From Chloroflexota bacterium (GTDB taxonomy: Bacteria; Chloroflexota; Dehalococcoidia; UBA2979), in assembly GCA_027593235.1 (NCBI GenBank), contig JAQCIU010000005.1, positions 32,001-96,000 on the forward strand: a DNA stretch of 64,000 bases, written 5' to 3'. Shown here one piece after another: positions 41,428 to 50,768 of the stretch. The notes beneath the pieces were generated by a model, which was given only the letters and a program-made list of their open reading frames with translations, was not told the DNA's origin and ran no database searches. How positions within the stretch are numbered: the stretch's first letter is position 1; each line of letters starts with the position of its first letter. The position numbers and the translations under genes were made by a program.

Positions 41428-43077
41428 CTATCCAGCCTCGCCCAGTGAAGAGGCGATTTCGTCCACCAGCGCGCTCAATTCCTGCGACGCATCGAGCGCG
41501 AGATGGGTCCCCTCGGCCGCGCCGATAGGCTCAAACATCGCGGCCTGCGCGGCGAACACCGCCGCCGTCGCATCGGAGGTCGCCAGCGGATCCGTGCCCC
41601 GCTCGGCGATCCGCGCCAACGCCACCGCATCCGTGATCCGTAGCTCCGCGATCAGCGCCGGCACCCCGGCCGCGCGCGCCACCGCGATCGCCGCTGCCCG
41701 GTCGCCCGCACGCGAATGCGTCGCGTCCAGGACCACCGGCCGCCCGGCCGCGAAATGCGTCGCCGCGCGGACCCGCATCTCCTCATACGTTCGCTCGTTC
41801 ATCGCCGCGCCGTAGACCTCGGCGGTCCGATCCGGCGGCACGTGCTCACGAGGCGGCAGCCCGACCAACTCCTTGCGCACGACGTCGGAGGACACGTACG
41901 CGGCGCCGATCCGCGCCGCCAGCGCCGCGCCGACCGTCGATTTGCCCGTACCGGAACGCCCCGCCAGCACCACAAGCAGCGGTTTCGAGGCGCGATCGGC
42001 AAACTTGGACGCCAGCGCGAAGTACCGCCGCGCCGACTCTGCAAGCGCCCGCTGCTGCTCCGCCGATACCTCGGGTGCGTGCGCGCCCATCGACTCGACC
42101 TTGCCTCGGACGAACGCGCGAAACGCGCGGTGCACCGGCTGCAACACCGGCATCGTCTCGTCGCCTACGGCGGCGATGTAGCGGCCCGCCAGCTCGTCAC
42201 CCAGCTCCGGTCGACCGCGCGCCTCCAGGTCCATCGCCAGGAAGGCCACGTCGTAGCCGACGTCCAGCAGCCGGAACTGGAACCACTCCGTGAACTCCAG
42301 GCAGTCGACGATCACGATCTCGTCGTCGATCAGGTAGATGTGCATCGCGTGGAGGTCACCGTGACCGTCGACCACGCGCCCGTCCGCAAGTCGCCGATCG
42401 AACAACGCCGACTCACGCTCGATCAGCGCGTTCACGTAGTTCTTGAGCACGATCGCGTTCGCGGGCTCCCACGTATCGCCGATGAACGGCTCCGCCTCAC
42501 CCTGTTCGCGAGCCCACCAACTCCGCTCGGCCTCGCCCCCGGCGAACGCCGGGTCGTTCGGGACCACGGCGGCAGCCGCGTGGAACTCCACCAACTTCGC
42601 CGCGAGCAGACGGACGAGCCCCGAGGGCACCGCGTCGGCCTCCAGCAGGCTCGCCAGCGTCCGGTCATCCGGGAGCCGCTTCATCTCCACCGCCCACTCC
42701 ACCATCGTCGCGCCGGCGGGCGGATCGCCCTCGACGATGCGATGCGAGCCGTCGGCGAGCCGAACGACTGGATGCACGCCAACGTAGGTATCGGGCGCCA
42801 GTCGCCGGTTCAGCTCCACCTCGCGCAGACAGAACTGGTGGCGCGTCTCGGCGTCGAGCTGATTCACGAATCCGAAGTCGACCGGCTTCTTCGTCTTGAA
42901 GACACGCTCATCCGCAAGAAAGACGTACGAGATATGCGTCTGGACGAGTCGCACGTTCGAAGGCGCGTGCGGAAACGCCGAGGATGCAAGCAGCGCCTGC
43001 ACGTACTCCGGCAGAGCATGCATGGCTGCATCGTCGTCGGCCGAGGGTGGTGGCTCCTCGGGAGCATCCGTGGTCAC
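41428..43077 (-). CDS. Aminoglycoside phosphotransferase-like + AAA_33 kinase fusion (Rv2004c-like)
   Basis: QTHISYVFL, KKPVDFGF, ELNRRLAP, GHGDLH, DCLEF, GRSGTGKST, SSDVVRK. Confidence 0.88.
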   Translation of the reverse strand: MTTDAPEEPPPSADDDAAMHALPEYVQALLASSAFPHAPSNVRLVQTHISYVFLADERVFKTKKPVDFGFVNQLDAETRHQFCLREVELNRRLAPDTYVGVHPVVRLADGSHRIVEGDPPAGATMVEWAVEMKRLPDDRTLASLLEADAVPSGLVRLLAAKLVEFHAAAAVVPNDPAFAGGEAERSWWAREQGEAEPFIGDTWEPANAIVLKNYVNALIERESALFDRRLADGRVVDGHGDLHAMHIYLIDDEIVIVDCLEFTEWFQFRLLDVGYDVAFLAMDLEARGRPELGDELAGRYIAAVGDETMPVLQPVHRAFRAFVRGKVESMGAHAPEVSAEQQRALAESARRYFALASKFADRASKPLLVVLAGRSGTGKSTVGAALAARIGAAYVSSDVVRKELVGLPPREHVPPDRTAEVYGAAMNERTYEEMRVRAATHFAAGRPVVLDATHSRAGDRAAAIAVARAAGVPALIAELRITDAVALARIAERGTDPLATSDATAAVFAAQAAMFEPIGAAEGTHLALDASQELSALVDEIASSLGEAG

Positions 43078-43184
43078 CGCCGGACGGTAGGGACCCGCCC
43101 CCGGCACCGTCAAGCGAGGCCTCGCGCGGTGGTACGCTGCCACGCCGAACGATGATGATTCGTCAGCAAGGACGGTCGCGCCCG

Positions 43185-44063
43185 ATGTCAGAACCGTGGC
43201 AGCACTTCCTGCAATCGCAGCGCCTCAAACTCAGCTACTGGACCTGGGGTGACGCCGCCAAACCGCCGCTGATCCTCGTCCACGGCGGGCGCGATCACGC
43301 CCGCTCCTGGGACTTCGTCGCCGATCGCCTCACCGACGCGTACCACGTGCTTGCATGCGATTTGCGCGGGCACGGTGATTCCGAGTGGTCGCGCGGCTCC
43401 TACTACGGCACGCCGGAGCACGTGTTGGACCTCGTCGCGCTGATCGACCTCGTCGGTGGGCGCGCCACCGTGGTCGGGCACTCCTTCGGCGGCGCGATCA
43501 CGCTGTTGACCGCCGGCGCGTTCCCGGAGCGCTTCGAGCGCGTCGTCTCGATCGAGGGCGCTGGCGCCTGGGCCAGCCCCGAGGCGATCACGCCGACCGA
43601 GTTCCGCACCTGGGCCAACCAGTCGCGCGGCACGGAGCATCGCTCGGCCCGCGTCTACCCGACCATCGAGGAGGCCCGCGATCGGATGATCGAGGTGAAC
43701 CCGCGCCTCACCGCGGAGATGGCGATGCACCTCGCCCGCTGGGGTAGCAACGGCATTGATGGCGGTTATGTCTGGAAATTCGACCCCTGGGTCTATGCCC
43801 GATCCGCGTTGCACAATCTCCGCTTCGATGAACTCGCCGCGCTCTGGGAAGAGCTGTCCGCGCCGGTCCTCCACCTCTCCGGGTCGGAGTCGCGGTTTGG
43901 GCGTGACCAGATCAACGGCCGTCCGGTTGAGTCGTACTTCCCCAACGCAACCGCCGCGACGATTCAGGGTGCCGGGCACTGGGCCCACCACGATCAACTG
44001 GATGCGACCGTCGCCGCGATCCGCGGCTTCCTGGATCTGCCACCAGAGCGATCCGCGGGCTAA
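43185..44063 (+). CDS. Alpha/beta hydrolase
   Basis: VHGGRDHA, DLRGHGDS, GHSFGG, GAGHW. Confidence 0.9.
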   Translation: MSEPWQHFLQSQRLKLSYWTWGDAAKPPLILVHGGRDHARSWDFVADRLTDAYHVLACDLRGHGDSEWSRGSYYGTPEHVLDLVALIDLVGGRATVVGHSFGGAITLLTAGAFPERFERVVSIEGAGAWASPEAITPTEFRTWANQSRGTEHRSARVYPTIEEARDRMIEVNPRLTAEMAMHLARWGSNGIDGGYVWKFDPWVYARSALHNLRFDELAALWEELSAPVLHLSGSESRFGRDQINGRPVESYFPNATAATIQGAGHWAHHDQLDATVAAIRGFLDLPPERSAG

Positions 44064-44194
44064 CGGCAGGCGCACCGGGCCTGCAAACCGGCCCTCAATC
44101 GAATTCACGTTTTTCCTTAGGGAGTTTTTTGCGGCTGGTCCGTAGACTGGTCCTCGTACCCCTCACCCGATCCATCGAATCCCCAGGAGTGCGG

Positions 44195-46048
44195 ATGGAG
44201 CCGGCGACGCCGACGACAGCCGAGAGTCAGCCCACAACGCCAGATCCGGCGGCCGAATCGGCTGCCGACAGCGGTCCGCGCTGCTTCGAGTGCGGCAGTG
44301 ATCTGAGCGATGATGCGCGCTACCGCGAGGTCGGCGTTTGCGGCTCATGTGGAGCACGCATGGCAATCTCAGCCTCCCAGTGGATCGAACTGCTGTTCGA
44401 TCACAGCTCGTTCGACGAACATTTCGGTGCCCTGACCACCCCGGACCCGCTGCACTTCTCTGACTCGCGCTCCTACCCGGACCGCCTCGAGGAGGCGCGT
44501 GCCAAGAGCGGCGTGGACGAGGCCGTGCACACCGGCACTGCCCGTATCGGCGGCATCGATGTCGTGGCGGCCGTCAGTGACTTCCGCTTCATCGGCGGCT
44601 CGATGGGCTTCGTCCAGGGCGAACGCGTGGCGATCGCGATGGATCGCGCTCGCCGGGCCCACCGCCCCTTTGTCACCGTTACCTGCTCCGGTGGTGCGCG
44701 CATGCAAGAAGGCATGATCGCGCTGCTCCAGATGTCCAAGACCACGGCGGCCGCCCAGCGCCTGCACGAGGCCGGCATCCCGATCATCACCATCCTTGCC
44801 GACCCGACGACCGGCGGAGTCTTCGCCTCGTACGCGACGCAGGGCGACATCATCCTCGCCGAATCGGAAGCGCTGATCGGCTTTGCCGGTCCGCGCGTGC
44901 GCGCCGTGAAGGACGCCGGCGAGAAGCGCGAAACGCTCTACGCCGAAGATCTCCTGGAGCACGGCCTCGTCGACGCGGTGCTGCCGCGCGACGCGATGCG
45001 CGACCAGCTCATCCGCATCCTCGCGCTGCTCCGCGCGCCCGTCGCGCCAAACGTCGATCTGCTCCCGCCGCCCGTCGAGGTACGCCACCTGGAGCGCGGC
45101 TGGACCGTCGTCGAACGCGCGCGCCACGAAGATCGCCCGCGCGCGATGCAGTACATCCAGCGCCTGGCCGCCGACTTCGTGCCGCTGCGTGGTGACCGCT
45201 CCGGCATCGATGACCCCGCCCTCGTCGGCGGGCTCGCCCGCGTCGGCGACACCAACTGCGTCGTGATCGCGCAGAGCCGCGGCGACCGTCGCCTCGATGG
45301 CGACCATCACGACGGGCGCATGAGCGCGGCCGGGTACCGCAAGGCGCGACGCCTGATGCAGCTCGCGGATCGGCTGCAGTTGCCGCTGATCACCTTCGTC
45401 GATACGCCCGGCGCACACGACGGCATCGCCGATGAAGCGGCCGGCCTCGCCGGTTCGATCTCCGACTGCCTCGCCGCGATGAGCGCGCTCACCACTCCCT
45501 CGGTCGCCGTTGTCATCGGCGAGGGTGGCTCGGGCGGAGCGCTCGCGCTCACGATGGCCGATCGCATCCTCATGCAGCAGAACGCCATGTACGCCATCAC
45601 CTCCCCCGAGGGCGCGGCGGCCATCCTCTTCCGCGATCGCGAACGGGCCCCCGAGGTCGCCGAGGCGCTGGGCGTCTCAGCTGGCGAACTCCAGGCGCTC
45701 GGGGTGATCGACGAGGTCGTCCCGGAACCCGCGGGTGGCGCGCACGTAGATCCAGAGAGCGCGATCCGGATGCTCGAGCCTGCCGTGCGCCGCGCGCTTG
45801 CCGAGGCGATGCGAGGCCGCGGCGCGAACCGTCGCCAGCAACGCGAAGATCGTCTGCGTGGATTGGGTGGCGAGAACGGGCCCGGACCGAGCCTGCTCCG
45901 CAACATCGGAGACGTGCTGGGTGACGCCTTCGGCGCCGCCGGTGCCCTCGGCTCGCGTCTCCGGCGCAACCGGGGTCACGCCGAGGACGCGCCAACGGCC
46001 GGTGCCGAGACCGCGGCGGTTGCCGCGGAGTCGGAACCCGTCAGCTAG
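44195..46048 (+). CDS. accDA: Fused acetyl-CoA carboxylase carboxyltransferase beta-alpha (AccD-AccA)
   Basis: Zn ribbon CFEC/CGSC, GGSMG, SGGARMQEG, PTTGGV (AccD); GDR, GYRKA, DTPGA, GEGGSGGAL (AccA); RBS AGGAG. Confidence 0.9.
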   Translation: MEPATPTTAESQPTTPDPAAESAADSGPRCFECGSDLSDDARYREVGVCGSCGARMAISASQWIELLFDHSSFDEHFGALTTPDPLHFSDSRSYPDRLEEARAKSGVDEAVHTGTARIGGIDVVAAVSDFRFIGGSMGFVQGERVAIAMDRARRAHRPFVTVTCSGGARMQEGMIALLQMSKTTAAAQRLHEAGIPIITILADPTTGGVFASYATQGDIILAESEALIGFAGPRVRAVKDAGEKRETLYAEDLLEHGLVDAVLPRDAMRDQLIRILALLRAPVAPNVDLLPPPVEVRHLERGWTVVERARHEDRPRAMQYIQRLAADFVPLRGDRSGIDDPALVGGLARVGDTNCVVIAQSRGDRRLDGDHHDGRMSAAGYRKARRLMQLADRLQLPLITFVDTPGAHDGIADEAAGLAGSISDCLAAMSALTTPSVAVVIGEGGSGGALALTMADRILMQQNAMYAITSPEGAAAILFRDRERAPEVAEALGVSAGELQALGVIDEVVPEPAGGAHVDPESAIRMLEPAVRRALAEAMRGRGANRRQQREDRLRGLGGENGPGPSLLRNIGDVLGDAFGAAGALGSRLRRNRGHAEDAPTAGAETAAVAAESEPVS

Positions 46049-48570
46049 TTGTCTCGCTCGTCCGAGTCATCGTCGTCATCGTCGTGGTTGTCCGTCTGAC
46101 CGGAGACGTTGGCGTCCTCTGACTCCGCCGGCGCGTAGAGATCGAGCTGCTCCTGGCGGATCTCGTCTCCGAACTCATCCAGCACGCGCTGGAACTCATC
46201 GAACTCCCACTCACCGACGAACGTGATCGCCTTGCCATCGCGACCGGCGCGGCCGGTGCGACCGATGCGGTGCACGTATTCCTCGGCGTTCTGCGGCACA
46301 TCGAAGTTCACGACGTGCGTGATCTCCGGGATGTCGAGCCCGCGCGCCGCCACGTTCGTGGCGATCAGGATGTCCAGTTCGCCCGCGCGGAACCGCTCGA
46401 CGACGCGGTCACGGCGCCGCTGATCCATGTCGCCGTGCAGCGCGCCGACGCGCACCCCGCGGCGTTCGAGGTCCTCGGCAACTCGATCGACCCCGCGCTT
46501 CATCTTGCAGAAGACGAGCGTTCGGCCCTTCAGTTCACGACGGACGAGTTCGCGCAGACCAGCGGTCTTGTCCCGCTGTGCGACCTCGATGTAGATCTGC
46601 TCGATCGTGTCGACCGTGCTCAACTCGGCGTCGACCTTGGCGGTCACCGGGTCGTCCATGAACTGCCAGATCAACCGGCGGATCGACGTAGGCATCGTCG
46701 CCGAGAAGAGCGCTGTCTGGCGCTGCCGCGGCGTCCGCCCGAGGATGCGACGGATGTCCGGCAAGAAGCCGATGTCCAGCATCTGATCGGCCTCGTCGAG
46801 GACGGCGTAGGTCACGTGCCGCAGGCTCAAGGTCTCCCGCCGCAGGTGATCGATGATCCGACCGGGCGTGCCAACCACAACCTGCGGTTGTTCGCGGAGG
46901 GCGGCGAAGTCCCGCTTCAGCGCGTGCCCGCCCAGGAGCCCCACGGTCCGCACGCCGTAGGAGCGTCCCAGGTCCGTCAGTACGTCCAGCACCTGCTGCG
47001 CCAGCTCGCGCGTCGGCACCAGCACGATTGCCTGCACCTCGTCGAGATCGGAATCGATCCGCTCCACCATCGGCAGGCCGAAGGCCAGCGTCTTGCCGCT
47101 TCCGGTCTGCGCCAACCCGACGACGTCGTTGCCGTCGAGCAGTTCCGGGATCGCGCGCGTCTGGATCGGTGTCGGTTCCGTGAACCCCAGCCGAACGATC
47201 GCGGCCAGGGATTCATCGCTCAGCCCGAGGGCCGCGAATGCCGCGGGGACCTCCGCGGCGACCTCGTCGTCGTCCGCCGCCTCGCGGGCGACGATCGCCG
47301 GCAGCTCTTCGATCGCCGAGATCGCGTGGTCGTGATCGACCGGGATCTCGTCGTCCTCTTCGGCTTCCGCACGAGCCAGGGCGGCTTCACGTGCCTCCCG
47401 ACGCTCGCGCTCACGGCGGCCACCCCGGCGTCCGCGGCGCCGTCGTGGCGCGTCGTCGCCTTCATCGGTGTCGCTGTCGTCATCATCGTCATCGTCGGAG
47501 TCGTCCGCCGAGGCGGTGTCGCGGACCGCTGGTGCCGCTCGCCCTCGGCGTGGCGCCTCGGTGACGGCCGCGGTCGTGTCGTCGTCCTCGATGTCGGCGT
47601 CCCCTGCGAGGTCTGCCGTCACGGGGGTGTCGTCGCTCTTGTCATCGTCGTTGGCCGCGTCGGCACGTTCGTGCTCTCGCGACCAATCCGGCGTTGAACC
47701 GCCGAGGGTGCGCGGAATGCCGCTCAGCGAGCGGGCGCCGCCAACCATGACGCGCTCGGTCGAGCGGATCCCGCTCGGGCGTCGGCGCCGTGCCGGCAGG
47801 ATGTCGCCGGCACCGCCGGAGTCGACTGATCGGAATGCAACGTCCTCGGGCAGTGGTGCCTCAAGGGATTCACGCGACGGCCGGAAGCCGCGGCGCTGGC
47901 CGGCACGCTGCCGGCGCTGATCGAGCTGGCCACGGTCGCGCTCTCCGCGCGCCACGCCGCCCCACTTGTAGTTGTCTTTCTTCTCACCGCCGTCGCCACG
48001 ACTGGAGGCGTCTCCGTTGTCCGATCCGGAGGAACCACCGCGGGTGTTGCGGCTGCCGCTGCGGGCGTTCCGGTCGTTCCCGTTGCGGCCCCCGTCGCCG
48101 CCGCTATCGCGGTCTGATTCGCTGCGGTTCTGGCGTCCCTGGCCGCCGCGCGACCGACCGCCGCGCCCGGAGGCGCTGTCACGGTCCGCTGTGGCGGTCT
48201 CCTCGGAGCGTCCCGATCCGGAACGGCGCCCGCGTGAGTTGCTCTCGCTGCGCTCCGCGACGGCGCTGCCACTGCGTCCACGGTCGTTGCTGCGGTCATC
48301 GCGTTGGTTGCGGTCGTCGCCGCCGTTGGAGTTGCCGGTGTCGCCGGAATTGGTGGCGCCTTCACCGCGGCCCTTGCCGCGCCCGCGCCCGCCGCGTCGC
48401 CCGCGGCGTCGACGGCCCTGGCCGCCTTCGGAACCATCGCTGCTGGTCTGTGTGGTCTCGTTTCGACGCGAATCGGTCGCGGTGCGGTCCGAGGGGGTCT
48501 GGGTGGGTTTGGGTGCGGCTGGGGTGGATCCACCAAGCAGCCGCCGAACAATGCCGGAAATCGGCGTCAT
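46045..48570 (-). CDS. DEAD-box RNA helicase with long disordered N-terminus
   Basis: Q motif PTPIQ, AQTGSGKT, PTRELA, DEAD, SAT, ARGLD, HRIGRTGR; RBS GGAG. Confidence 0.93.
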   Translation of the reverse strand: MTPISGIVRRLLGGSTPAAPKPTQTPSDRTATDSRRNETTQTSSDGSEGGQGRRRRGRRGGRGRGKGRGEGATNSGDTGNSNGGDDRNQRDDRSNDRGRSGSAVAERSESNSRGRRSGSGRSEETATADRDSASGRGGRSRGGQGRQNRSESDRDSGGDGGRNGNDRNARSGSRNTRGGSSGSDNGDASSRGDGGEKKDNYKWGGVARGERDRGQLDQRRQRAGQRRGFRPSRESLEAPLPEDVAFRSVDSGGAGDILPARRRRPSGIRSTERVMVGGARSLSGIPRTLGGSTPDWSREHERADAANDDDKSDDTPVTADLAGDADIEDDDTTAAVTEAPRRGRAAPAVRDTASADDSDDDDDDDSDTDEGDDAPRRRRGRRGGRRERERREAREAALARAEAEEDDEIPVDHDHAISAIEELPAIVAREAADDDEVAAEVPAAFAALGLSDESLAAIVRLGFTEPTPIQTRAIPELLDGNDVVGLAQTGSGKTLAFGLPMVERIDSDLDEVQAIVLVPTRELAQQVLDVLTDLGRSYGVRTVGLLGGHALKRDFAALREQPQVVVGTPGRIIDHLRRETLSLRHVTYAVLDEADQMLDIGFLPDIRRILGRTPRQRQTALFSATMPTSIRRLIWQFMDDPVTAKVDAELSTVDTIEQIYIEVAQRDKTAGLRELVRRELKGRTLVFCKMKRGVDRVAEDLERRGVRVGALHGDMDQRRRDRVVERFRAGELDILIATNVAARGLDIPEITHVVNFDVPQNAEEYVHRIGRTGRAGRDGKAITFVGEWEFDEFQRVLDEFGDEIRQEQLDLYAPAESEDANVSGQTDNHDDDDDDSDERDN

Positions 48571-48767
48571 ACGGTACGTAGTCTCCAGTTGTTGGATTGC
48601 CGCGAACCGGATGAAAGAGTGAGGTTCGCAAGCTCGCGCAGATGCTGCGCGGCGAGGTGTTGCATTACATGCAGACTAGCAGTACGGCGTGATTGCCGCG
48701 AACGGCGTTCACCCACCCCTGCGTGATCCGGCCAGCGCCCACGGCGGGGCCGACCCGCGCGGTGGGG

Positions 48768-48983
48768 CTACTCGACCTCGGCGGTCACTTTGCTCACGCG
48801 GTCGACCACACCGAGGATCGCGTGGACCTCGACGGTGTCACCGACCACCGGATCGCCGAGGATCATGTCGTGCGATAACCGCGCCTGAATCGGTCGTGGA
48901 CCACCGTCCGGCGTCAGGATGAGTTGGTAGTACTGCAGGCCGTGCAGCTCGTACGGCTGAATCCCTCGCACCGTCGCTCGCAT
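48768..48983 (-). CDS. Small hypothetical beta-rich protein (possible OB fold)
   Basis: MRATVRGIQPYELHGLQYYQL...VGDTVEV; RBS GAGGAG. Confidence 0.65.
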   Translation of the reverse strand: MRATVRGIQPYELHGLQYYQLILTPDGGPRPIQARLSHDMILGDPVVGDTVEVHAILGVVDRVSKVTAEVE

Positions 48984-49091
48984 CTGGTATCCCCGCTCCT
49001 CGACATCCCGTACCCGGCGCCGCATCGGCGCGGCGGCCCTCGATGGTAGCGCCGCACCTGCCGGTCGCTATCCCCGCTACGCTCGCCCTCG

Positions 49092-49313
49092 ATGAACCAA
49101 CCACCCTCGAAGCCCATCGATCGCGATGCGAACACGCGCCCGGCGCCAGCGCCGGGGCTCTGCGCTGGCTGCCGCCACGCGTCGCGCGTCGATACCGCGC
49201 GCGGGTCCAGCTTCCTTCGCTGCGCGCGCTCCGACGACGACCCTGGCTACCCGCGCTACCCCGCCCTCCCGGTGCGCCAGTGCGACGGTTTCGAGGCGCG
49301 CGCAGCGGAATGA
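49092..49313 (+). CDS. Small four-Cys protein (CxxC...C...C)
   Basis: GLCAGCRHA...GSSFLRC...YPRYPALPVRQCDGF; directly upstream of the globin. Confidence 0.7.
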   Translation: MNQPPSKPIDRDANTRPAPAPGLCAGCRHASRVDTARGSSFLRCARSDDDPGYPRYPALPVRQCDGFEARAAE

Positions 49314-49330
49314 CGGGGGATACTGGAGCC

Positions 49331-49798
49331 ATGACTGAACCATTGAGCGGTCCGGGCGCGATCCCGCTGCGGCCCAAGACCGAACGACAGCCCGCACTGC
49401 TGGAGCGTGTCGGCGGACGCGCGGTGATCGAGCGGGTTGTCGACGCGTTCTACGACAAGGTCGAACTCGACCCCGAACTTCGCCCGCTCTTCCCGGAAGA
49501 CATGGGGCCCGGTCGCGACAAACAGAAGTGGTTCCTCGAGCAGTGGCTCGGCGGTGAGCCGCTCTACAGCCAGCGCTTCGGCCACCCGCGCCTCCGCCGC
49601 CGCCATTTCCCCTTCGAGGTCACCGAACGCGGCGCCGGTCGCTGGCTCCGCCACATGATCGAGGCGTTCCGCGACTGCGAAGTCGGCGAACCGGAAATCG
49701 CGGAGATCGTCGCCGGCCTCGGCCCGCTCGCGAAGCACATGGTCAATGTCGACCAGGACGTCCCCCGGAATCCGATCGGCGACGCGTACCTGACCTGA
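49331..49798 (+). CDS. Group II truncated hemoglobin (GlbO-like)
   Basis: VGG...VDAFY, FLEQWLGG, GHPRLRRRH, W at G8. Confidence 0.88.
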   Translation: MTEPLSGPGAIPLRPKTERQPALLERVGGRAVIERVVDAFYDKVELDPELRPLFPEDMGPGRDKQKWFLEQWLGGEPLYSQRFGHPRLRRRHFPFEVTERGAGRWLRHMIEAFRDCEVGEPEIAEIVAGLGPLAKHMVNVDQDVPRNPIGDAYLT

Positions 49799-49839
49799 GC
49801 CACGACCAACGAGCATTCCGGCAGGGACGCGCGGAACAG

Positions 49840-50607
49840 TTACAGCGGCTTGCGCGCCACGTGCATCGCGATCGTCCCGAACATCAACGACCGCACGCCG
49901 GAGACCTCGAAGCCGACGCGCGTCAGCCGCGCCGTGAACTCCTCGGGCGTATCGAAGTGGTCCACCGAGACCGGGAGGTACTTGTAGGCGCTGCTGTGCC
50001 CGGAGATCAGCCGCCCCAGCACCGGCACGACGCGGGTGAAGTGGAACCGCGCGAACGGTCGCAGCAACCCCGGCTTCATGCGCGTGATCTCCAGGTTGGC
50101 GAGCCGCCCACCCGGTTTCAGCACACGCCACGCCTCGTCCAGTGCGGCGTCGAGGTCCGGGATGTTGCGCACGACGAACGCGGAACACCAACCGTCCATG
50201 CTTCCGTCCGGCAACGGCAACCGCGTCCCGTCGCCCGCAGCGAATCCCGAGGCACGCGCCGTCGCCGCCTCGCGCCGCGACTTCCGTCGCGCGATCGGCA
50301 GCATTGCCTCAGCCACGTCGAACCCCACCACCGAGGCCGCGCCGGCCTCGAGGCACGCGAAGCTCAGATCGCCAGTGCCGCAGCCCACGTCCACGATCCG
50401 GTCACCCGGCCGCACCAGCGCGCGCGCCGCCAGCCGTCGCCACGCGTGGTGCCGGCCGCCGGTCATCAGCGTGTTCATCAGGTCGTAACGGCCCGCGATC
50501 GAGCTGAACATCCCGCGCACGTACCCGGCGCGATCCGCCTCCGCAGCGAACAGCGCCTCGGGATCGTGCGGCGCATTGGGTGGTGGATCGGTTCGTTCCG
50601 CGGCCAT
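49840..50607 (-). CDS. menG: UbiE/MenG demethylmenaquinone methyltransferase
   Basis: MFSSIAGRYDLMN, DVGCGTGD, RVLKPGG, AYKYLPVS. Confidence 0.88.
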   Translation of the reverse strand: MAAERTDPPPNAPHDPEALFAAEADRAGYVRGMFSSIAGRYDLMNTLMTGGRHHAWRRLAARALVRPGDRIVDVGCGTGDLSFACLEAGAASVVGFDVAEAMLPIARRKSRREAATARASGFAAGDGTRLPLPDGSMDGWCSAFVVRNIPDLDAALDEAWRVLKPGGRLANLEITRMKPGLLRPFARFHFTRVVPVLGRLISGHSSAYKYLPVSVDHFDTPEEFTARLTRVGFEVSGVRSLMFGTIAMHVARKPL

Positions 50608-50716
50608 ACGAGGAGCGTACGGCAGGTCTTCGCCAACGGCAGTCGCGTCAGCGCATCACGGGAGAGACTCGCGTCGACATCGATTGCAAACGAGCGATCC
50701 GCTCACACAGGTGATT

Positions 50717-50741
50717 CGAACTACCGTGCTAATGCTATTCT
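50717..50741 (+). promoter_or_regulatory. Putative LexA (SOS) box and extended -10 of the nurA-herA-sbcDC operon
   Basis: CGAAC-TACC-GTGCT (one mismatch from GAAC-N4-GTTC) followed by TGcTATTCT. Confidence 0.5.
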
Positions 50742-50768
50742 GCTTCTGCACTCCCCGGTGGTGCGGCG

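Noticed and set aside
48700-48710. GAAC-GGC-GTTC resembling an SOS box
   Set aside because: Spacer is 3 nt rather than the 4 nt required for the LexA motif
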